From a virus (taxonomy: Duplodnaviria; Caudoviricetes): DNA of 64,000 nucleotides. Below the pieces are notes generated by a model. It did not search any database and was not told the origin of the DNA. It saw only the letters and a program-made list of their open reading frames with translations. Shown one piece after another: positions 56,770 to 64,000 of this stretch. Made by a program: the position numbers and the translations under genes. Positions within the stretch are counted from its first letter, which is position 1; every line of letters starts with the position of its first letter. The stretch lies in the IMG/VR virus record IMGVR_UViG_3300021255_000136, positions 17,434 through 81,433 of that record; one strand, written 5' to 3'.

Positions 56770-58284
56770 TTAACTGAAGAATTGATCCGTATCACCGTAC
56801 GGATTGAATAGTACATCCGGGTTATTGAAGTCGTCCTCTTCCTTCTTGACGGCTATCTCCATCTCTGTAGGTTTGTACTCCTCATACTCGCCCCGGAAAT
56901 AGATCATTCTATGTAAAGCCTGAGACGCAGCATCGACCATATCGTCATGCGCCCCATTCGGGAAAGATGTAAACTGGTCCACGAACTCGTTCACCCACAC
57001 AGCTTTCTCAGGTGTAGGTAAGAATACATGCCCAGACTCTATGGCCGCACTCACTGCGTTAACTCGTGCGACTTTACCACCGGCTGGATTGACCGGGATC
57101 ACGAACATGTCCGGCTCATGCTGCAGGGTACTAACAATAGCAGGACCATTCGCCTTGTCTTCCATCAGGATCGTTCTCGCGTTCGGATACATTGCCTTGA
57201 CCGTTCGCAGCATCTGTATCGTCTGCGGGAAGTCCAGATGTTTATTAAAACTCGCTCTCAGGTAGTAATCGCCTTTACGCTTACCCCACACCTGTATAGC
57301 GACGTAGTCATTTGTATCAGCGCCTTTGAATGTAGCGTCAACGGAGATCAGCTCTGAGCCAAACATAAGCTCCTTGTCGTCCGGATCGTAGAACCGCCAC
57401 CAGTCTCTCTGGACCAGGTTACCGGCTTCCACTCGCGGGGAGCATTGGTACAGAGCAGTCCACGAACGCATACCACCCTGGGCATCATGTATGTACGACT
57501 CCTTGAAGTCGCGCAGCCAAGCCTTATCCTTCCCCAGCTCCGGGCAAAGAGCGTCACCCACTGACCTACCAAGCAAGTCATCTTCTTCCGCTTCGACCGG
57601 TAGTCTGATAAGCCTGCTATTAGGTTCGTTGGTCAGTACTCTGGCAGCCAAATCGTCATAGTGCCATGGCGTCATAATTATAACAATCTTCGCCTTAGCC
57701 GCGAGACGGGTCTTCAGGGATGCCTGCCACTCTTCCCATACATTCGATCTGTACGTAGGAGAATCGGCCTCCTGCATGTTCTTTACCGGGTCGTCGATAA
57801 TGATCAGGTTGGCCGGGTTACCAGTGATACCGGACATGATACCACGGGAGATCAGTCTGCCCTTCGCATTGTCCAGCTCAAACTCGTCAGCCCTGTCTAT
57901 AGCGCCGATGGATATATTAAAAAGATCCGAGCCTAATGCACGGATCTTCTCTTTATTTCTCCTGCAGAACTTCTCAGCGAAGTCCTTATTATAGCTGGCC
58001 AGGATCACATTGTTCGTCGGATACTTACCTAGATACCAGGAAGGAAACGACTCTGTAATCGTAGTTGACTTCCCGTGCTGAGGCGGACACTCCACAACCA
58101 GTATGTCATAGGCATTGTCAGTCGGTGTCTCAACAAATCGCTGGACCTCATTCGCGAGATACTCACTCAGTCTGGTGCGTTTCCACGTAGGCCCCTGAGC
58201 CATAGCCAGATACTCCGCAAAGGATCTCTTGGCCAGTTCACGTATCGCCAGCTCAGCGTATAGATTTCTTAATTCATCATTCAT
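56770..58284 (-). CDS. terL: terminase large subunit
   Basis: Walker A PPQHGKS; IIIDDPVKN; IMTPWHYDDL; RuvC-like ISVDATFK and HDDMVDA. Confidence 0.95.
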   Translation of the reverse strand: MNDELRNLYAELAIRELAKRSFAEYLAMAQGPTWKRTRLSEYLANEVQRFVETPTDNAYDILVVECPPQHGKSTTITESFPSWYLGKYPTNNVILASYNKDFAEKFCRRNKEKIRALGSDLFNISIGAIDRADEFELDNAKGRLISRGIMSGITGNPANLIIIDDPVKNMQEADSPTYRSNVWEEWQASLKTRLAAKAKIVIIMTPWHYDDLAARVLTNEPNSRLIRLPVEAEEDDLLGRSVGDALCPELGKDKAWLRDFKESYIHDAQGGMRSWTALYQCSPRVEAGNLVQRDWWRFYDPDDKELMFGSELISVDATFKGADTNDYVAIQVWGKRKGDYYLRASFNKHLDFPQTIQMLRTVKAMYPNARTILMEDKANGPAIVSTLQHEPDMFVIPVNPAGGKVARVNAVSAAIESGHVFLPTPEKAVWVNEFVDQFTSFPNGAHDDMVDAASQALHRMIYFRGEYEEYKPTEMEIAVKKEEDDFNNPDVLFNPYGDTDQFFS

Positions 58285-58351
58285 ATAAAAATCAGGATAA
58301 TCGCGCCTCTTAAGTGAGCTGCATTAAAAGTAGATATTAGGTTAGAATCTC

Positions 58352-58888
58352 TCAATCCCCGCTATCGTCACAAACGGGATACCCATCCGGCGAGTCTGTT
58401 ACATATACAAAGGAATCGTCGCTTACACTCACGCAATATTCGCCGTTTGATTGAATACTTACATATGAAAGAGGCACAATATTCCCCGGCGTCCACGTTT
58501 CCCCCGATATAGACTCGGGAGAATAATCGTAACTCCCGCAACAAAGAACATACTTACCAGCAACAATCGCATCTCTAATCTCTCGCCAGGTTTTGTTCAG
58601 TGTGTCCGTATTATCATCCTCTGAAAATTCGGAAACAACAACTATCACATCGCCACCACCAGAGCCGGAACTACTGGAAGCGCCATCGCCCTCTATCTCT
58701 CGACCGAGGTGGCTCATCTTGTCCTTCGCCGTAACCTGTACAGCCGGGACTTCTCCAATACCTTCCGGGCCGATTGTCTGCGCTTTCTCTATGGGTCTGG
58801 AAGGAAGAGTGGGTTCTGTATCAGAGGATCCACCGTCGTCGATAATATAATAATAGTCCATCCCAAACATACGATTAAAGCCAAGCAT
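58352..58888 (-). CDS. hypothetical protein between terS and terL
   Basis: AAGGAG RBS; SG linker followed by a TLNKTW.EI..A...G domain. Confidence 0.6.
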   Translation of the reverse strand: MLGFNRMFGMDYYYIIDDGGSSDTEPTLPSRPIEKAQTIGPEGIGEVPAVQVTAKDKMSHLGREIEGDGASSSSGSGGGDVIVVVSEFSEDDNTDTLNKTWREIRDAIVAGKYVLCCGSYDYSPESISGETWTPGNIVPLSYVSIQSNGEYCVSVSDDSFVYVTDSPDGYPVCDDSGD

Positions 58889-58912
58889 ACAGCATCATTC
58901 TCCTTTCAAAAG

Positions 58913-58945
58913 TAAAAGCCCACTGCTTTATCCAAGCAATGGGCT
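58913..58945 (-). terminator. intrinsic terminator directly after terS
   Basis: AGCCCATTGCTT-GGATA-AAGCAGTGGGCT followed by TTTACTTTTG on the minus strand. Confidence 0.65.
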
Positions 58946-58949
58946 CGTA

Positions 58950-59432
58950 TTATTCTTCCGTAGCTTCTATAGGCTTCCTGGCTGCAACCATAGCCTGTAG
59001 CTCTTCCGTCGATAGCTTCGACAGATCAATCGTCTCAAAGGGTTTATCATCGGCATTACCGATATTCAGATTCTCAGTGGGTTTGTAGCCTGCTGTGTCT
59101 CTTACATACTTGGCCGCTTCCGTATCAAGATTGTAAATCGCTTTTTTCATCTGCCCCCAGAACACAGCCGTCTGATAGTCACCTGATTCGAAACCATGGG
59201 ATCTGAGTTCTTCCAAAGCTTCGTCCTCGGTCGGTATCTCGGCTTCCATCATGTACCTGGCCAGTTTGTTGAAGTTCTTGTTCGCCCGGACCGTGGCCTT
59301 CTGCTTCTCAATGGACTCAGGTGTTCTTCGGCGCTCTACCGCTTTGGCTTGATTGACCGGATCAGTTATACGCGCTGTACGTTCCGCATCCAACGCCTTC
59401 TTCTCTTCTGGTGATAAGCCCACCGGACTCAC
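58950..59432 (-). CDS. terS: terminase small subunit (likely GTG start)
   Basis: KKA...DTEAAKYVRDTAGYKP...DLSKLSTEEL pattern; position upstream of terL. Confidence 0.65.
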   Translation of the reverse strand: MSPVGLSPEEKKALDAERTARITDPVNQAKAVERRRTPESIEKQKATVRANKNFNKLARYMMEAEIPTEDEALEELRSHGFESGDYQTAVFWGQMKKAIYNLDTEAAKYVRDTAGYKPTENLNIGNADDKPFETIDLSKLSTEELQAMVAARKPIEATEE

Positions 59433-59467
59433 TTCCTTCCTGGTATGCCCAGTAATTTCTAACATAC

Positions 59468-59496
59468 ATTATATCGTATTTTCAACTGCAAGTCAA
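59468..59496 (-). promoter_or_regulatory. consensus sigmaA promoter upstream of terS
   Basis: TTGACT-17 nt-TATAAT on the minus strand. Confidence 0.75.
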
Positions 59497-59593
59497 GTCA
59501 TGAGCACAAGATATTGTGGTAAACTTGATAACAACGGCAACAGTTTGTTCATAATTTGAATTTTGGAAAAGTGGAGCAGCGAGGCCAGAAAAC

Positions 59594-59636
59594 AAAAAAA
59601 AGACCCCCTATACCCTGTTAGAGGCATAGGGGGTCT
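59594..59636 (-). terminator. hairpin with T-run insulating the terS promoter
   Basis: AGACCCCCTAT/ATAGGGGGTCT 11-bp stem, followed by T8 on the minus strand. Confidence 0.6.
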
Positions 59637-59638
59637 AA

Positions 59639-59785
59639 GAATGTCAGTTGCCTGATGTGGAATGTCTGTTGCAATAGGTGGAATGACAGTTGCCCTAGGT
59701 GAAATGTCAGTTGCCTGGAGAGGAATGTCAGTTGCCTGGAGAGGAATGTCTGTTGCCTGGTGTGAGATGTCTGTTGCCTGGCGAA
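59639..59785. repeat. 7 x 21-bp tandem direct repeats
   Basis: Consensus GAATGTC(A/T)GTTGCCTGG(A/T)G(A/T)G, contiguous, no spacers. Confidence 0.9.
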
Positions 59786-60447
59786 ATAGTTAGTCTGTTC
59801 TAACTTGGTTTTTCGAGGGCAAGTAACATGCGATTTATTTTTTATATATATATAATATATATACTCCCCTCCCCCTCCGGGGGGCATAGGGGGTCAGTAA
59901 CGAGCCGAAGGCTCGTTAATTTTTCGTCGCGGCGGAGTCCCTACCTTTTGAAAAAATTTTTTTCCGCAACACAACACGATATGCCTACCTTCTGTAAAAA
60001 TTCAAAAAAAATTTTTTTGTTTCCCCTTTATAGTGGGGACGCCAGTCTCACAACACACTGACTTCCCCTCCGTAGGTATACGTTCGCCGGAAAGCTAGAC
60101 GACAATAGGCTTGTGCTATCCCTATCTGATACAGGTACCACAGGAATACCACATTCACTTTGTATAACTATGATACAATATACTTTGATGCTATGGTTAG
60201 ATCGGCAGATCAGAATTAGTCTAGGCATACTGATTGCATACATGGATACTTGTATCCGCTAATACTTGGATGCATGTATGCATTGCCGTTCTGAATCCAT
60301 GTGCCCTTTGATATTTGTTTTTTTGGATAGTTGACTTTTGTCAATCGTGCTTATGTTTTCTGAGTCTCTACTTATTTAATAGGAAATCGAGATGGGCAAG
60401 GGGAAAACTTTGTGAAAAAACTAATTAAAATTTTTTGAAAAAAAGTA

Positions 60448-60476
60448 TTGACAAGGCGCATTGTTTCTGCTATAGT
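60448..60476 (+). promoter_or_regulatory. strong early sigmaA promoter
   Basis: TTGACA-17 nt-TGnTATAGT with an A-rich UP element; 14-bp direct repeat GACAAGGCGCATTG at 60450 and 60491. Confidence 0.8.
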
Positions 60477-60482
60477 ACGCAT

Positions 60483-61090
60483 TGTCAAGAGACAAGGCGC
60501 ATTGACAAGTCCACAAGCGATTCCCCAGTTCCGCAATTTCTCTTTTCTAGCGGGCGCGGGAATCAATGATTCCCCTAGCAAATCCGTGAGCGATTCCCCG
60601 TGAGCATCATGGACGTGAGCAGAAACCTAGGCACACTGCTCATGGTGTTGTAGCGAAAAGCAGACGTACCAATGGTACGGGCTGCAGCAGGAAACGAGTA
60701 GCGCATGCATTGCGATCAAAGGACTTTGTCCACCGTCACCCGTGTGACGGCACGTAGCAGCAGATGCATGAAGTGCGAAAGAGGTAGCCAAGAGAGGCGG
60801 GATTTATATCCTCCTGCTGCAGGGCGTAGTCCGGCGATCGTTAACTAAATAGAGAGGCAGGCTTCCGCTTCCACCCTGCAAAACCTAGCAACAAAGGAAA
60901 GCGGTGAGTGCTTCCGTAACACGGGATACGAAAACGAAACACAAAACAAGCTGAAGAAAACAGAGTAGAAAAAGAAAAGAAATTTTCTTACTACTCTGAA
61001 AGCTGATTCAGAAAGCAATCAGTTTTCAAAGTAGTAAGAAACTACTTCAGAAAATCCGGTTAACGTGTTCGAGACGTTAACCGGAAACAC
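60483..61090 (+). ncRNA. candidate large structured ncRNA or leader (~600 nt)
   Basis: No credible ORF; nested helices including CTGCAGCAGGA(60682)/TCCTGCTGCAG(60812) and CCGGTTAACGT/ACGTTAACCGG (~61056-61084). Confidence 0.5.
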
Positions 61091-61135
61091 CACACTAACA
61101 AACCTATGAAAATCTGAAAGGATGGTACATCTATT

Positions 61136-61978
61136 ATGACAAAAGCAAAGAAGAATGTCAAGAGACTTACGAAAAAAGATATCTATGCAAAGCACGGAAT
61201 CGAATTCGACAACAAGACCGGAAAAATCAAGGCTCCCCTTTACGGATGGATTAGTCCCCTGCTGATTAACGGAAACGCCAAAATCGGGAAAGGCGTCTGG
61301 CAATATTCCTCCCTTCCCACAAATGAAACTTTCCGCATTGACATTAACGGCACGACAGTCGAATGCAAAGGAACTTGCGCATGCCATTGTGACGGATGCT
61401 ATGCCACAAAAGGATGCTACAATTTCCATAGCACAAAGGTATCCCTCTTGCGGAAAACCTTCTTACAGAGATTGTACAGCAATTTTGTAAAGCGGGCAAT
61501 CATAGCTCAGATTGAAGCTGACAAGATTAAGCTTTGCAGAATCCATGTCGCCGGAGATTTCGATCCTAGCAATCCGAACTACATTCCAATGTGGCATGAG
61601 ATTGTAGAAACCTGCACCAAGACATTGTTCTGGACATATACCAAGGTAGCTGAAGCAGAACATGCATTTAATGATCTTCCTAACATTAACGTAGTGCATT
61701 CCATCATAGAGGGATACGGCTTCAACTTTGGGCATTGTGATTACATCATACGCTTGTATCACACCCTTGTGGCAATGGGCAAGACAGTACACATCTGCAG
61801 ATGCGGAATTGACGACAATCAGCACTGTGTCAATTGCAAAGGATGTGCGACAAATGCATACGTCCTTTTCCTTGAACACAGCACAAACTACGTAGCAAAA
61901 GACGATCCCCTCTTTCCGGAAGTCGTCAAGCTGATCGAGTCGCAGGAATCTATGACGAAGGATTTACTGGCAGCATGA
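61136..61978 (+). CDS. Gp88-like protein with a CxxxCxxC motif
   Basis: CACHCDGCYA, RIHVAGDF and FWTYTK motifs typical of the mycobacteriophage gene-product-88 family. Confidence 0.65.
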   Translation: MTKAKKNVKRLTKKDIYAKHGIEFDNKTGKIKAPLYGWISPLLINGNAKIGKGVWQYSSLPTNETFRIDINGTTVECKGTCACHCDGCYATKGCYNFHSTKVSLLRKTFLQRLYSNFVKRAIIAQIEADKIKLCRIHVAGDFDPSNPNYIPMWHEIVETCTKTLFWTYTKVAEAEHAFNDLPNINVVHSIIEGYGFNFGHCDYIIRLYHTLVAMGKTVHICRCGIDDNQHCVNCKGCATNAYVLFLEHSTNYVAKDDPLFPEVVKLIESQESMTKDLLAA

Positions 61979-62121
61979 GCATAGGAATATTAGCACTGAC
62001 AATAGGCATCGTAATGTGCAGCATGTCCATACTCGGATATGCTGCACCGGAAGAAAAGCCACAACAGAAGCAGACAAATTACACGGCATGCATGCCGAAG
62101 GAATTTTGATCGGAGGATATT

Positions 62122-62328
62122 ATGGCAAGACAAAAGAAACTCAAGTCGTACATCATATGCTGTGCATGCGAATACGACGACAGACCGGATGATGTTTATA
62201 CATGGACCAATTTCGAACTTGGCTATGACAAAGACGACGCAAAGCAGAGACTCTTCAAGAGACTAGAGGCCGAGGGCGAAAGCACCGACTTTGCGGTAGT
62301 CCACATTACAGAAGGGAGCATATGGTGA
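62122..62328 (+). CDS. small early protein
   Basis: GGAGG RBS; 68 aa. Confidence 0.65.
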   Translation: MARQKKLKSYIICCACEYDDRPDDVYTWTNFELGYDKDDAKQRLFKRLEAEGESTDFAVVHITEGSIW

Positions 62329-62495
62329 TGCACGATCACATCAAAGCGATTGCCGAAGCTGTCAAGGCGAAGGATAAAAAGACAGCAGAATATCACCTGC
62401 ACCTGCTCGAAATGGTAGGCATGGATAGATACACCGCATGTGTACTGGTGAAAGAATACATCCGAAATCCTAAAGAATTTGAAACGGAGGAATGA
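62328..62495 (+). CDS. small early protein
   Basis: 55-aa ORF MHDHIKAIAEAVK..., coupled to its neighbours, read by hand. Confidence 0.55.
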   Translation: MHDHIKAIAEAVKAKDKKTAEYHLHLLEMVGMDRYTACVLVKEYIRNPKEFETEE

Positions 62496-62498
62496 ACA

Positions 62499-62822
62499 AT
62501 GAAGTACAGCGAATGCAACACACGTCAGAAGAAGGCCTTCAAGAACATCCTTTATGCTAGCAGATGGTTACTCGGCGGGCTCGAGAATACAATGCTCGAC
62601 AATCCGGAAGGCTCGGAAGAATACGAAAGAGCAAAAGCAACACTCGCCAATCATGATGGCCTTGTGGCAGAGCTCTATAGCATGGCAACTACAGACGTAT
62701 ATGACGACGGCAGCTGCTGCTTCAACCAAGCCGCCAAGAGCTACCTCAAAGACGTCCGCTTCTGCGGAAAGGAATGGCTGATAGAAAGATGCGAAGCCCG
62801 CATCAGAAAGGAAGGGTATTAA
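62499..62822 (+). CDS. early hypothetical protein
   Basis: GGAGG RBS; 107 aa. Confidence 0.7.
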   Translation: MKYSECNTRQKKAFKNILYASRWLLGGLENTMLDNPEGSEEYERAKATLANHDGLVAELYSMATTDVYDDGSCCFNQAAKSYLKDVRFCGKEWLIERCEARIRKEGY

Positions 62823-63193
62823 TGAAAGCAATCTTTGTTGAACAACCCTATGCCAACTACATAACCCACAATCTGAAGAAGTGGGAAACACGTAGCAAGG
62901 ACGTGCTCGGTAGCTTAGTCGGTGAACGTGTTGGTATCATCACCAAAAGCAAGCCGAGCGGAAAGTATGATACGCTTGTAGGTTATGCAACGATCAAGGC
63001 ATCCGCAAAGGTAGATGCCGAAACACTGGATATGTTCCGTGATTGGACCTGCATCCCAAGAGGTAGCAAGTACGATACCGGAAAAGCAAGACACGTATAC
63101 ATCATGCAGGATGCTTCATGCATCATGCCTAGGTTTGTAAACATCACGAAGCACCACGGCAGATCATGGTGCGAATATGAAACGGAGGATTGA
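62822..63193 (+). CDS. ASCH-domain protein
   Basis: MKAIFVEQPYA..I....KKWETRS...GERVGI...LVGYATI signature. Confidence 0.7.
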   Translation: MKAIFVEQPYANYITHNLKKWETRSKDVLGSLVGERVGIITKSKPSGKYDTLVGYATIKASAKVDAETLDMFRDWTCIPRGSKYDTGKARHVYIMQDASCIMPRFVNITKHHGRSWCEYETED

Positions 63194-63196
63194 ACA

Positions 63197-63538
63197 ATGG
63201 CAAAAGCATACGATGAAAAGAAGAAGGCCTTAAGAATCCTAGCATGGTATGAGGACTTCGATGGAGGACTCGACAGATGGAAGGAAAGTTTCTACACCCT
63301 ATGGAGATGCCAACTGACTTGGGACTTTGCCTACTCGATCACGCTCAGAGAAACAAGAAGCAAAGGTGTGTACGTCAGTCTCTTAATCAAACCTGCATAC
63401 AAGGACAGCTTACTTGACAACATGGAAGACTTCGGATACAGAAATGTCGAAGTACAGGAAGAACCTATAGGACTCATATACGGGTTCGACCGTTATGAAG
63501 AACTGAAAGATATAGAGGAGGTATTCATCGACTACTAA
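63197..63538 (+). CDS. early hypothetical protein
   Basis: GGAGG RBS; 113 aa. Confidence 0.7.
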   Translation: MAKAYDEKKKALRILAWYEDFDGGLDRWKESFYTLWRCQLTWDFAYSITLRETRSKGVYVSLLIKPAYKDSLLDNMEDFGYRNVEVQEEPIGLIYGFDRYEELKDIEEVFIDY

Positions 63539-63644
63539 ACCACACTCGACCATGCGAGTATAAACAGGAGTCAGGCATGGTGCGTGGGCAGGACTCGACA
63601 TCCTGTCCGGTCTCAAAAGAAATTAATTAATGGAGGATATAGAA

Positions 63645-64000
63645 ATGAGAACAATGGAAACCCTGCAGAAGGTACAGGATATCGGTGCGGATATCTACCG
63701 TGAGTACAGAAAGAAATGCCGTGATGCTTGCGCCCTGCTCGACAAGCTTCATACAGATGCCGTCTATGATAATGATACACCGGAGTCCGTCGTGGATTCC
63801 TTTGCAGAAATGTGCGGCGAAAGCTTTGCGGAAATCATCATCGCTTCCCTTGTAAACCAGAGTGCATGGGATGGACGCATCTCCCCCAAGTCGGCCGAGT
63901 GGGCGAAAGGAATAAAGGACTCATGGGATGCGGAATCAAGTAGACGCTGGGGCATCACAACCACAATGCACATGTGCCACCTCGACCAGACCGCAAGATC
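63645..64000 (+). CDS. early hypothetical protein, 3'-truncated (weak DUF3849-like WDGRIS..WA motif)
   Basis: GGAGG RBS; frame open to the window end (MRTMETLQKVQ...SAWDGRISPKSAEWA...HLDQTAR). Confidence 0.6.
   Translation, partial: MRTMETLQKVQDIGADIYREYRKKCRDACALLDKLHTDAVYDNDTPESVVDSFAEMCGESFAEIIIASLVNQSAWDGRISPKSAEWAKGIKDSWDAESSRRWGITTTMHMCHLDQTAR

Noticed and set aside
59639-59785. CRISPR array
   Set aside because: The repeats are contiguous with no unique spacers, and no cas genes are present.
59618-59887. 89-aa minus-strand ORF with RQLTF heptads
   Set aside because: It is the translation of the 21-bp repeats and the TA/G tracts, has no RBS, and spans a terminator.
60483-61130. tmRNA, RNase P RNA or a group II intron as the identity of the structured leader
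   Set aside because: No tRNA-like GGGG...CCA ends, no GAGGAAAGUCC core and no domain V (AGC triad) hairpin were recognised.
1-64000. Stop-codon reassignment
   Set aside because: Code 11 gives dense, full-length ORFs including a 23-kb one; the only broken gene is explained by introns.

Overview
The window is a large part of one temperate, short-tailed (P22-like podovirus organisation) phage genome of a Gram-positive, probably Clostridia-class, host. It uses genetic code 11 and no host genes were recognised. Left arm (+, 1-14.3 kb): SNF2 helicase (5'-truncated), HAD phosphatase, RinA/DUF1492-like regulator, primase-helicase, tyrosine integrase with an intact attP (3' half of tRNA-Gln(CUG)), then many small accessory genes and a ThyX-like gene. 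Centre (-, 14.3-59.5 kb): the virion operon, running terS, terL, portal, scaffold, major capsid, adaptor, nozzle, two fibres, endolysin/holin, an ejection-type protein and a 7763-aa polyvalent protein. Right (+, from 60.4 kb): a consensus promoter, a ~600-nt ORF-free structured leader, and early genes. Main discoveries: (1) The major capsid gene is split by two paralogous group I introns separated by a 44-nt micro-exon; splice sites, P1/P10/P3/P7 pairings and the restored 382-aa frame can all be read from the sequence. (2) The 23-kb gene is a string of effector-like cassettes (ADP-ribosyltransferase-, metallopeptidase-, RelE/PBECR- and Gp88-like) punctuated by a recurring [YF]S[LIV] motif, and it carries a repeated IPPAN peptide. 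(3) Two small genes, each with its own GGAGG ribosome-binding site, are nested in the +1 frame inside the giant gene. (4) A candidate large structured ncRNA and a 7x21-bp repeat/hairpin module lie at the late/early junction. All protein family names come from motif recognition by eye; no database search was run.
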